A stretch of DNA of 64,000 nucleotides, taken from the human T2T-CHM13v2.0 reference genome, Homo sapiens. The stretch lies in the NCBI RefSeq assembly GCF_009914755.1, contig NC_060944.1; one strand, 5' to 3'. The notes beneath the pieces are model-generated. The model saw only the letters and a program-made list of their open reading frames with translations, was not told the origin of the DNA and made no database searches. The position numbers and the translations under genes are program-made. Below, piece by piece: positions 37,196 to 50,631 of this stretch. How positions within the stretch are numbered: position 1 is the first letter of the stretch; the number at the start of each line of letters is the position of its first letter.

Positions 37196-39062
37196 AGTCC
37201 CTTCCCCTCCCCCTCCCCCTCCCTTCCGTCTCCCTCTGTTGCTGAGGCTGGACTGTACTGCCGTGGTCTCGGCTCGCTGCAGCCTCCCTGTCCCGGGCTC
37301 CCGTGGTTCTCCTGCCTCGGCCTGACGAGTGCCTGGGATTGCAGGTACGCGCCGCCACGCCTGACTGGTTTTTGTATTTTTGGAGGAGACGGGGTTTCGC
37401 CCTGTTGACCGGGCTGGTCTCCAGCTCCTGACCTCGAGTGTTCTGCCCGCCTCGGCCTCCCGGGGTGCCGGGATTGCAGACGGAGTCTCGCTCACTCAAT
37501 GCTCAGTGTTGCCCAGGCTGGAGTGCAGTGGCGTGATCTCGGCTCGCTACAACCTCCACCTCCCAGCCGCCTGCCTTGACCTCCCAAAGTGCTAAGATTA
37601 CAGCCTCTGCCCGGCCGCCACACTGTCTGGGAAGTGGGGAGATCTCTGCCTGGCCACCCATCATCTGGGATGTGGGGAGCCCCTCTACCCAGCCGCCCCG
37701 TCTGGGAGGTGAGGAATGCCTAAGCCCGGCCGCCCCGTCTGGGAAGTGAGGTGCGCCTCTGCCTGGCCGCCTGTCGTCTGGGATGTGAGGAGCGCCGCTG
37801 CCCGGCCACCCATCGTCTGGGAAGTGAGGAGCGCTGCTGCCCGGCCACCCATCGTCTGGGAAGTGAGGAGCGCCTCTGCCCGGCCGCCCCGTCTGGGAAG
37901 TGAGGAGCGCCGCTGCCCGGCCACCCCGTCTGGGAAGTGAGGAGCGCCTCTGCCCGGCCGCCCATCGTCTGGGAAGTGAGGAGCGCTGCTGCCCGGCCAC
38001 CCATCGTCTGGGAGGTGAGGAGCGCCTCTGCCCGGCCGCCCCGTCTAGGAAGTGAGGAGCGCCGCTGCCCGGCCACCCCGTCTGGGAAGTGAGGAGCGCC
38101 TCTGCCCGGCCGCCCATCGTCTGGGAAGTGAGGAGCGCTGCTGCCCGGCCACCCATCGTCTGGGAGGTGAGGAGCGCCTCTGCCCGGCCGCCCCGTCTGG
38201 GAAGTGAGGAGCGCCTCTGCCCGGCCGCCCCGTCTGGGAGGTGAGGAGCGCCTCTGCCCGGCCGCCCCGTCTGGGAGGTGAGGAGCGCCTCTGCCCGGCC
38301 GCCCCGTCTGGGAGGTGAGGAGCGCCGCTGCCCGGCCGCCCCGTCTGGGAGGTGAGGAGCGCCTCTGCCCGGCCGCCCCGTCTGGGAGGTGAGGAATGCC
38401 TAAGCCCGGCCGCCCCGTCTGGGAAGTGAGGTGCGCCTCTGCCCGGCTGCCCGTCGTCTGGGAAGTGAGGAGCGCTGCTGCCCGGCCACCCATCGTCTGG
38501 GATGTGAGGAGCGCCTCTGCCCGGCTGCCCCGTCTGGGAAGTGTACCCAACAGCTCCGAAGAGACAGCGACCATCAAGAACGGGCCATGATGACGATGGC
38601 GGTTTTGTTGAAAAGAAAAGGGGGAAATGTGGGGAAAAGAAAGAGAGATCAGACTGTTACTGTGTCTGTGTAGAAAGAAGTAGACATAGGAGACTCCATT
38701 TTGTTCTGTACTAAGAAAAATTCTTCTGCCTTGGGATGCTGTTAATCTATAACCTTACCCCCAACCCCATGCTCTCTGAAACACGTGCTGTGTCAACTCA
38801 GGGTTAAATGGATTAAGGGCGGTGCAAGATGTGCTTTGTTAAACAGACGCTAGAAGGCAGCATGCTCGTTAAGAGTCATCACCACTCCCTAATCTCAAGT
38901 ACCCAGGGACACAAACACGGCAGAAAGCCGCAGGGACCTCTTCCTAGGAAAACCAGAGACCTTTGTTCATGTGTTTATCTGCTGACCTTCTCTCCACTAT
39001 TGTCCTACGACCCTGCCACATCCCCCTCTCTGAGAAACACCCAAGAATGATCAATAAATACT

Positions 39063-39066
<4 letters not shown>
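37196..39066 (+). mobile_element. SVA retrotransposon (SVA_A-like), full structure
   Basis: Short CCCTCC tract, antisense Alu-like domain, 37-40-bp VNTR, SINE-R with AATAAA at 39053; TSD AAAATATTC. Confidence 0.95.
37602..38542 (+). repeat. SVA VNTR
   Basis: Tandem GCCTCTGCCCGGCCGCCCCGTCTGGGAAGTGAGGAGC variants. Confidence 0.97.

Positions 39067-39112
<46 letters not shown>
39067..39112. repeat. (TA)23 microsatellite
   Basis: Read directly. Confidence 0.98.
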
Positions 39113-39115
<3 letters not shown>

Positions 39116-39426
39116 TTTGGGCAATCATTATTCTAACCCTAGGTTAGTTTTTTATGAGTCTCTGAAGCATTTTCATTACAGCAGCAATCTGACAGGTTTT
39201 TCTGGACTGTAGTTTGAATCAAGTGTTTAAATGAACTTTCTGAAAAGTGCATACATCAGCAGGCAAAACAGTTGCTTATATGTAAGTTGCTGTTATTTCT
39301 CCCAAAGCTTAAGGTATATAGCATTAGTTTGCAGAGCTTTAAGAAAAGCACAGTTTTAATTTCTAGTAATTTCAAGTCAGGGAAAAAAAGGGGAGAAAAA
39401 GAAAAAAAAATTTTAATGTTAGTTTA

Positions 39427-39828
<402 letters not shown>

Positions 39829-40014
39829 CTAATAACAAGTGTACTATAGTTTCTTTTGAAACATATGTTTTTTTTTTAATCTCCAGTCCCCCATTTCTAC
39901 AAAAAACGAATCATGTTAGGACCAATTTATTTGCAAAATATGTTTTAGTCTCATTATCCTTGGCCTGATTATTTGCATAAGGCACAGCAAGAATAATGAT
40001 TGGGCTGTATAGGT

Positions 40015-40290
40015 TTCTTTTATTTTTTTAATTTTTAATAGTCACCTAGGCAAGAGTGAAGTGGCACAACCATGGCTCACTGCAGCCTCAACATCCTGGG
40101 CTCAAGCAATCCTCCCACCTCAGCCTCGAGTAGCTAGGACTATAGGCATGCGTCACCAGGCCCAGTTATTTTTTGTCGAGATGGGTCTTACTATATTACC
40201 CAGGCTGGTCTTGAACTCCTGGCCTCAGGCAGTCCTCCCATCTTAGCCTCCCAAAGCACTGGAATTAGAGGTGTGAGCCACCGTGACCAG
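40015..40290 (-). mobile_element. AluJ-like
   Basis: Diverged antisense Alu. Confidence 0.85.
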
Positions 40291-40437
40291 ACAAGGCCCC
40301 TTTTCAACTGGCTTTGCTGGAACTTTTCCTAAGGAATCTCAGATTAGACTTTTAAAAGCCTCTTGAGGTTAGCCAATCCAAGGTTTTATCTGTGCCCTCA
40401 GATACCTGTACAAATTGGGTACATTCCTCTCTTCTCA

Positions 40438-40743
40438 GGCCGGGCACAGTGGCTCATGCCTATAATCTCAGCAGTTTGGAAGCCCGAGGTGGGAGGATCA
40501 CTTGAACCCAGGAGTTCAAGACCAGCATGGGCAACACAGGGAGACACCCTATCCACAAAAAAAAAAAAAAAAAAAATTAGCCGGGTGTGGTGGCACATGC
40601 CTGTGGTCCTAGCTACTTGGGGAGCTGAGGTAGGAGGATCACTTGAGTCCTGGAGGTTGAAGCTACAAGAACTGTGATCATGCCACTGCACTCCAGCCTG
40701 GGAGAAAGAGTGAGACCCCAACTCAAAAAAAAAAAAAAAAAAA
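40438..40743 (+). mobile_element. AluJ-like
   Basis: Full Alu; flanking TTYCTCTYTTCTCA repeat. Confidence 0.9.
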
Positions 40744-41160
40744 TTTCTCTTTTCTCAAGGTCTCAAAATAACTCAAGTTTCCCGGGCTCATTAGAAAGTG
40801 ACATGGGTCAGGAACTTTGTAAAGGAATTGCATAGACAAGGTAATAGGCCAGTCTTTCCAATGGATTTTTATTAGCTCTGTAGAGTCAACCTCCATTCCT
40901 CAAAACTTTCTGGTCATATCTGAATATATACCATTCCAATTAAAGCCTTGGAAAAATAACCAGTGTCTCTAATTGTGTCCTGTTACACAAGAAAACAGAT
41001 TCTTATTGAACTTATGCAAATAACCATGTTGCCATAAATTAATAACACTCACAATAGTTTCCAAATTCTGAAGAAATCAGCTAGAGGGAAAGAAATATGC
41101 TTTAAATATTGCTCAAAACAGTATACTTTACTTAATTTGTTGTGTGCTGTAAACAGTTCA

Positions 41161-41533
<373 letters not shown>

Positions 41534-41616
41534 TCAGTCCTCTATTAGTTTAGTCCCATGTAATTAACTCTTGTTCTGCTCGATATTGAGTTAGCAATCC
41601 TCATGAATGCATCAGC

Positions 41617-41918
41617 TTTTTTTGTTTGTTTGTTTTGATACAGGGTCTTGCTGTTGCCCTGGCTGCAGTGCAGTGGCATGAACACAGCTCACTGAAGCCT
41701 TGAACTCTCAGACTCAATGGATCCTTTCACCTCAGTCCCCCAAGTAGCTGGGACCACAGGTACATGCCACCATGCCTGGCTAATTTTTGTATTTTTTTTA
41801 GAGACAGGATTTCACCATGTTGCCCAGGCTGGTCTCGAACTCCTGTGGCTCAAGCAATCCACCGACCTCAGTCTCCCAAAGTGCTGGACTTATAGATGTT
41901 AACCACTGCTCCCAGCCT
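41617..41918 (-). mobile_element. AluJ-like
   Basis: Antisense Alu; flanking GCTTTTT. Confidence 0.88.
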
Positions 41919-43080
41919 TGGCTTTTTAATTACAGCCCTGGAAGTTTTTTATAATCCAATGGTATGCTCTCTAAAGTTATCGGAAACCTGTATTTTTTTT
42001 TAAATTTTACTTTAAGTTCTAGGATACATGTACAGAATCTGCAGGTTTGTTACATAGGTATACGTGTGCCATGGTGATTTGCTGCACTTATCAACCTGTC
42101 ATCTAGGTTTTAAGCCTCACATGCATTACGTATTTTTTCTAAAGCTCTCCCTCCCCTTGCCCCCGACCCCCCAACAGGCCCCACCTGGTGTGATTTCCCC
42201 TCCCTGTGTCCATGTGTTCTCATTGTTCAATTCCCACCTATGAGTGAGAGTATGTGGTGTTTGGTTTTCTGTCCTTGTGATAGTTTGCTGAGAATGATGG
42301 CTTCCAGCTTCATCCATGTCCCTGCAAAGGACATGAACTCATTCTTTTTTATGGCTGCATAGTGGTTCCATGGTATATATGTGCCACATTTTCTTTATCC
42401 AGTCCATCATTGATAGACATTTGGGTTGGTTCCAAGTCTTTGCTATTGTAAATACTGCTGCAATAAACATACGTGTGCATGTGTCTTTACAGTAGAATGA
42501 TTTATAATCCTTTGAGTATATATCTACCCAGTAACGGGATTGCTGGGTCAAATGGTATTTTTGGTTCTATATCCTTGAGGAATTGCCACATTGTCTTCCA
42601 CAATGGTTGAACTAATTTACACTTCCACCAACAGTGTAAAAGCGTTCCTATTTCTCCACAGCCTCACCAGCATCTGTTGTTTCCTGACTTTTTATTAATC
42701 GCCATTCTGACTGGCGTGAGATGGTATCTCATTGTGGTTTTGATTTGTATTTCTCTGATGGCCAGTGATGATGAGCATTTTTTCATGTGTCTGTTGGCTG
42801 CATAAATGTCTTCTTTTGAGAAGTGTCTGTTCATATCCTTTGCCCACTTATTGATGGGGTTGTTTAATTTTTTTCTTGTAAATTTGTTTAAGTTCTTTGT
42901 AGATTCTGGATATTAGCCCTTTGTCAGATGGGTAGCTTGCAAAAATTTTCTCCCATTCTGTAGGTCTCCTGTTCACTCTGATGATAGTTTCTTTTGCTGT
43001 GCAGAAGCTCTTTAGTTTAATTAGATCCCATTTGTCAATTTTGGCTTTTGTTGCAATTACTTTTGGTGTTTTAGTCATGA

Positions 43081-43565
<485 letters not shown>

Positions 43566-46409
43566 TCATTTATTAAATAGGAAATCCTTTCCCCATTGCT
43601 TGTTTTTGTCAGGTTTGTCAAAGATCAGATGGTTGTAGATGTGTGGCGCTATTTCTGAGGTCTCTGTTCTGTTCTGTTGGTCTATTTATCTGTTTTAGTA
43701 CCAGTACCATACTGTTTTGGTTACTGTAGCCTTATAGTATAGTTTGAAGTCAGGTAGTGTGATGCCTCCAGCTTTGTTCTTTTTGCTTAGGATTATCTTG
43801 GCTATGTGGGCTCTTTTTTGGTTCCATATGAAGTTTAAAGTAGTTTTTTCTAGTTCTGCAAAGAAAGTCAATGATAGCTTGATGGGAATAGCATTGAATC
43901 TATAAATTATTTGGGACAGTATGGCCATTTTCATGATATCGATTCTTCCTATCCATGAGCATGGAATGTTTTTCTGTTTGTTTGTGTCCTCTCTTATTTC
44001 CTTGAGCAGTTCTTTGTAGTTCTCCTTGAAGAGGTCCTTCATTTCCTTTGTAAGTTGTATTCTTAGGTATTTTATTTTCTTTGTAGCAGCTGTGAATGGG
44101 AGTTCACTCATGATTTGGCTCTCTGCTTGTCTATTACTGGTGTATAGGAATGCTTGTGATTTTTTCACATTGATTTTGTATCCTGAGACTGCTGAAGTTG
44201 CTTATCAGCTTAAGGAGTTTTTGAGCTGAGAGACGATGGGGTTTTCTAAATATACAATCATGTTGTGTGCAAACAGAAAAAATTGTACTTCCTTTCTTCC
44301 TATTTGAATACCCATTATTTCTTTCTCTTGCCTGATTGCACTGGCCAGAACTTCCAATACTATGTTGAATAGGAGTGGTGATAGAGGGCATCCTTATCTT
44401 GTGCCGGTTTTCAAACGGAATGCTTCCAGCTTTTGCCCATTCAGCATGATATTGACTATGGGTTTGTCATAAATAGTTCCTATTATTTTGAGATATGTTC
44501 CATCAAAATCCTAGTTTATTGAGAGTTTTTAGCATGAAGGGATGTTGAATTTTATTGAAGGTCTTTTCTGCATCTATTTAGATAATCATGTGGTTTTTGT
44601 CATTGGTTCTGTTTATATGATGAATTATGTTTATTGATTTGTGTATGTTGAACCAGCCTTGCATCCCAGGGATGAAGCTGACTTGATCATGGTGGATAAG
44701 CTTTTTGATGTGGTGCTGGACTCGGTTTACCAGTATTTTATTGAGGATTTTCGCATCGATGTTCATCAGGAATATTGGCCTGAAATTTTCTTTTTTTTGT
44801 TGTGTCTTTGCCAGGTTTTGGTATAAGGATGATGCTGGCCTCATAAAATGAGCTAGGGAGGAGTCCATCTTTTTCTGTTGTTTGGAATAGTTTCAGAAGG
44901 AATGGTACCAGCTCCTCTTTATACCTCTGGTAGAATTCGGCTGTGAATCCATCTGGTCCTGGGCTTTTTTTCATTGGTAGGCTACTAATTACTGCCTCAA
45001 TTTCAGAACTTGTTATTGGTCTATTCAGGGACTCAACTTCTTGCTGGTTTAGTCTTGGGAGGGTGTATGTGTCCAGGAATTTATCCATTTCTTCTACATT
45101 TTCTAGTTTACTGGCTTAGAGGTGTTTATAGTATTCTCTGATGGTAGTTTGTATTTCTGTGGGATCAGTGGTGATATCCCCTTTATCATTTTTTATTGTG
45201 TCTATTTGATTTTCTCTCTTTTCTTCTTTACTAGTCTAGCTAGCGGTTCATCTATTTTGTTAATCTTCTCATAAAACCAGCTCCTGGATTGATTGATTTT
45301 TTGAAGGGTTTTTTGTGTCTCCATCTCCTTCAGTTCTGCTCTGATCTTAGTTTTTCTAGTCTTCTGCTAGCTTTTGAATTTGTTTGCTCTTGCTTCTCTA
45401 GTTCTTTTAATTGTGATGTTAGGGTATCGATTCTAGATCTTTCCAGCTTTCTGATGTGGGCATTTAGTGCTATAAATTTCCCTCTTAACACTGCTTTAGC
45501 TGTGTCCTAGAGATTCTGGTATGTTGTCTCTTTGTTCTCATTGGTTTCAAAGAACTTCTTTATTTCTGCCTTCATTTCATTATTTATCCAGTAGTCATTC
45601 AGGAGCAGTTGTTCAATTTCCATGTAGTAGTGTGGTTTTGAATGTGTTTCTTAATCCTGAGTTCTAATTTGATGCACTGTGGTCAGAGAGACTGTTATGA
45701 TTTCTGTTCTTTTGCATTTGCTGAGGAGTGTTTTCCTTCCAATTATGTGGTCATTTTAGAATAAATGCTATGTGGCACTGAGAAGAATGTATATTCTGTT
45801 GATTTGGGGTGGAGAGTTCTGTAGATGTCTATTAGGTCCACTTGGTCCACAGCTGAGTTCAAGTCCTGAATATCCTTGTCAGTTTTCTGTCTTGTTGATC
45901 TGTCTAACATATTGGCAGTGGGATGTTAAAGTCTTCCACTATTATTGTGCGGAAGTCTAAGTCTCTTTGTAGGTCTCTGAAAACTTGTTTTATGAATCTG
46001 GTTGCATATATATTTAGGATAGTTAGCTCTTGTTGCATTGATCCCTTTACCATTATGTAATGCCCTTCTTTATCTTTTTTGATCGTTGTTGGTTTAAAGT
46101 CCATTTTATCAGAGACTAGGATTGCAACTCCTGCTTTTTTTAAATTTTCATTTGCTTGGTAAATATTCTCCATCCGTTTATTTTGAGCCTATGTGTGTCT
46201 TTGCATGTGAGTTGGGTCTCCTAAATACAGCACACCAATGGGTCTTGACTCTTTATCCAATTTTCCAGTCTGCGCCTTTTAATTGGGACATTTAGCCCAT
46301 TTACATTTAAGGTTAATATTGTTATGTGTGAATTTGATCCTGTCATCATGACGCTAGCTGATTATTTTGCACATTCATTGATGCAGTTTCTTCATAGTGT
46401 CATTGGTCT

Positions 46410-47416
46410 TTATATTTTGGTGTGTTTCTGCAGTGGCTGGCACCAGTTTTTTCTTTCCATATTTAGTGCTTCCTTCAGGAGCTCTTGTAAGGCAGGCCTG
46501 GTGGTGACAAAATCCCTCAGCATTTGTTTGTCTGGAAAGGGTTTTAGTTCTCCTTTGCTTATAAAGCTTAGTTTGGCTGGATATGAAATTCTGGGTTGAA
46601 AATTCTTTTCTTTAAGAATGTTGAATATTGCCCCCCACTTTCTTCTGGCTTGTAGGGTTTCTGCCGAGAGATCCACTGTTAGTCTGATAGGCTTCCCTTT
46701 GTAGGTAACCTGACCTTTCTCTCTGGCTGCCCTTAACATTTTTTCCTTCATTTCAACCTTGGAGAATCTGACGATTATGTGTCTTGGGGTTGCTCTTCTC
46801 AAGGACCGTCCTAGTGATATTCTTTGTATTTCCTGAATTTGAATGTTGGCCTGTCTTGCTAGGTTGGGAAAGTTCTCCTGGATAATATCCTGAAGTGTGT
46901 CTTCCATTCTCCCTGTCACTTTCAGGAACTCCAATCAATCATAGGTTTGATCTTTTCACATAGTACTATATTTCTTGGAGGCTTTGTTTATTCCTTTTCG
47001 TTCCTTTTTCTCTAATCATGTCTTCATGCCTTATTTCAGTAAGTTGATCTTCAGTCTCTGATATCCTTTCTTCTGCTTGATCGATTCGGCTATTGATACT
47101 TGTGTATGCTTCACAAAGTTCTCATGCCATGTTTTTCAGCTCCATCAGGTCATTAATGTTCCTCTCTAAAGTGGTTATTCTACTTAGCAGTTCCTTTTAC
47201 CAAGGTTCTTAGCTTCCTTGCATTGGTTAGGACATGATCCTTTAGCTCTGAGGAGTTTGTTATTACCCACCTTCTGAAGCCTGCTTCTGTCAATTCATCA
47301 ATCTCATTCTCTGTCCAGTTTTGTGCCCTTGCTGGACAGGAGTTGCAATCATTTGAAGGACAAGAGGCATTCTGATTTTTGGAATTTTCAGCATTTTTGC
47401 ACTGGTTTTTCCTCAT
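46410..47416 (-). pseudogene. L1 ORF1p remnant (frameshifted)
   Basis: ORFs 47180-47416 and 46410-46934 match the ORF1p N- and C-terminal parts. Confidence 0.88.
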
Positions 47417-49379
47417 CTTTCTAGATTTATCTACCTTTGATCTTTGAGACTGATGACCTTTTGATGGGGTTTTTGTGTGGGGGTCCTTTATGTTGATGTT
47501 GATGTTGTTGCTTTCTGTTTGTTAGTTTTTCTTCTAACAGTCAGGCCCCTCTTCTGCAGGTCTGCTGCAGTTTGCTAGAGGTCCACTCCAGACCCTGTTT
47601 GCCTGGGTATCACCAGTGGAGGCTGCAGAACAGCAAAGATAGCTGCCTGCTCCTTCCTCTGGAAGCTTTGTCCCACAGCCTGATGCCGGCTGTAGCTCTT
47701 CTGTATGAGGTGTCTGTCAACCCCTGTTGGGAGGTCTCTCTCAGTCAGTAGGCACGGGGATCAGGGACCCACTTGAGGAGGCAGTCTGTCCCCTAGCAGA
47801 GCTGGTGCACTATGCTGGGAGAATCCCTCTCATCAGGATCAGCTGCTCTCCTCAGAGCTGGCAGGCAGGAACGATTAAATCTGCTGAAGCTGCACCCACA
47901 GCCACCCGTTCCCTCAGGTGCTCTGTCCTAGGGAGATGGAGGTTTTGTCTGTAAGCCCCTGACTGGGGCTGTTACCTTTCCCCTGAGATGCCCTACCTAG
48001 TGAGGAGGAATCTAGAGAAGCAGTCTGGCCACAGCTGCTTTGCTGCAACCAGCCCAGACTTCCCAGCCTCCTTAGCACTGTCAGGGGAAAACCGCCTACT
48101 AAAGCCTCAGTGATGGCAGATGCCCCTCCCCACAGCAAGCTCAGTTGTCCCAGGTCGACCTCAGACTGCTGTGCTGGGAGCGAGAATTTCAAGCCAGTGG
48201 TTCTTAGCCTGCTGGGCTCCGTGGGAGTGGGACCCACTGAGCGAGACCACATGGCTCCCTGGCTTCAGCCCCCTTTCCAGAGCAGTGGACAGTTCTGTCT
48301 TGCTGGGGTTCCAGATGCCACTGGGATAGGAAAAACAAACTCCTGCAGCTAGCTTGGCGTCTGCCCAAACAGCCACTTGTGTTTTCTGCTTGAAATCCCA
48401 GGCCCTGTTGGTGTAGGCACACGAAGGAATCTCCTGATCTGCAGATTATACAAACCATGGGAAAAGTGTAGTAACCTGTCCCAGGTAGCACAGTCCCTCA
48501 TGGCTTCCCTTGGCTTGAGGAGGGAGGTCCCCCAGCTCCTTGCACTTCCTGGGCAAAGTGACACCCCACCCTGCTTCTGCTCGCCTTCTGTGGGTTGGAC
48601 CCACTGCCTAACCAGTCCCAGTGAGATGAACTGGGTACCTCAGTTGGAAATGCAGAAATCACCTGCCTTCTGCGTTGGTCTTTCTGGGAGCTGCAGACTG
48701 GAGCTGTTCCTATTGGGCCATCTTGGCCCCCTTCAGAAACCTGTATTTAAGAATACTTGTCAGAGTCTTTTCCATGAATTTCCATATAGAAGCAAATTTT
48801 GGTCTACAGCTGATTATGAACCTCTTTTTGAGAAGAATCAAAAAGTAAAACAATAATTGTCTGTGGATGGCAACAGTCTTAGATCAGCCATGGTTAAAGA
48901 CACAATTGGCAAGAAAATTTGATTACTTCTGTAACAGAAAAAAATTTAACATAATAATTATAATTATTACTAATAACATACATTAAGACATCAGAATTAT
49001 ATGTATCTCATACAATTTTGGAAGACATATTAATAACACCCATAAAATATAATCCAAGGAAAGGCAAACACTGTTTCATATTTGACAAGGCTTTCTCTAG
49101 GATTTTAACATACCAAATAAACCCAATACGTCTCTCTTGGACTTTCAGGGACATTAATATCTAAAAGGTTAGTTTAAGGTCAAAAAGACTAAATTTAGAA
49201 CTTGAAGCTTTGATTTTGAAAAGTTTGTCTAATATCAAAGGTTCAAAACACTTGATATCATAAAATAGGATGACAGATTACTGTAAACTAAGTCATTCAC
49301 TTAGCCAAAGTGATAATTCACAAATTTACACTTCCCATTGCCCACCCCTCATGCCTTCCACCCTGAGATTTAACAATAG

Positions 49380-50631
49380 TGATGGTGGCAGGAGGCAGAC
49401 AGGTACCTAGGTGGGAAGGGGTGGGTCCCTGGTGAGGCCCAACCTTCAAACCAGGGATGGCCTGAAGCCTGGAGGCCAAGCTGCCAGTTCCAGGTGGAGT
49501 CCCTGACTGGGAGTAAGAATTTCCTTGATGCCTTTCAGCCAGTTGATGGTGACTGGTTTTTTGGACCTACCCTTGAACCAATCAGCATGCACTTCCTCCC
49601 ACTCATGGACCAATCAGCATGCACTTCCTCCATTCTGCACCTATAATAACCCCTAGACTCAGCAGGACTCAGACACACATTGGGATTACCTTCCTGCAGG
49701 TAGGAGCTACCCACTTTGGGTCTCCTCTCTGCTGAGAGCTGTTCTGTTGCTCAATAAAGCTCTTCTCCATCCTCACCCTCCAGTTGCCTGAGTAACCTCA
49801 TTCTTCCTGGACTTGCGATAACAACTCAGGACCTGCGAACAGAGTGCACAAAAAGGGCTGTAACACTTTCCTGGCCAGCTCACTGAGCTGCAGGTCGTGA
49901 TATGCTTCCCTGTTCACCAAACTGTGGGAGTGAAGAGTGGTGACCCTTCTGGGGACGCAGACCTCAGAATTCCCAAGCCAGAGCTGTAACACTATAGCCC
50001 TCCCGCCCTCCACCAGTGCTGGGCGGCTGCCAGATGTGACAGGAAGCAGTGGCGGGGCAGGCCAGCCCAGGAGCTGTGGGCTGGAGTTGGGGTGATGGGA
50101 TTGAACAAGCCGTAACACAAATGGGCTGAAACACATTGCCTCCCACCGCTGTTTGCCATGCTGTCGCGCTGCGGGTGGTGGGAATGAGAGAGCTGTAACA
50201 TGCACCCCCAACCCGTAGAGGATCTGCAGTTGCTGGCATCTCCAGGTTTTCAGGAGCCACCACATTCCCTTCATCCAGATGCTGGCAACTGCAGGAGAAG
50301 CCGCTTGTAGTATGCCTGCTCCAGCCGCAGCCTTGCATGGAGCCAGTGCCTATGCCGGTGCCTGGAGCCGTCCGCCCTGCTGCGGCAGTTGGCGTGCCTG
50401 GCTGTGTGCAGGGGCCACACTCCGCACTTGCTCACTCACACACCCTTCGCCTTTCTGCATCTGGCTTGCCCTCGGCAGGCATGGGATCTGGGCTGGTAGT
50501 GCAAGCTGGGCACAGCCTGCCAGGCTGAATGGGTGGAATGAACCCAGTGGGCGTGAGCAATATTCAAGTAGAGGCGCTGCCGGCCATGAGGTTTCTAGCT
50601 GGTGAAGCGACACCCAGAGGATCCTGTGACA
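49380..50631 (+). mobile_element. MER52/LTR27-type ERV1 solo LTR
   Basis: TG...CA ends, 4-bp TSD ATAG, duplicated ACCAATCAGCATGCACTTCCTCC, TATA-like CTATAATAA, AATAAA; end GAGGTTTCTAGCTGGTGAAGCGACACCC. Confidence 0.85.

Noticed and set aside
37503-38577. 217-aa and 285-aa repetitive ORFs
   Set aside because: Stop-poor antisense frames of the GC-rich SVA VNTR.
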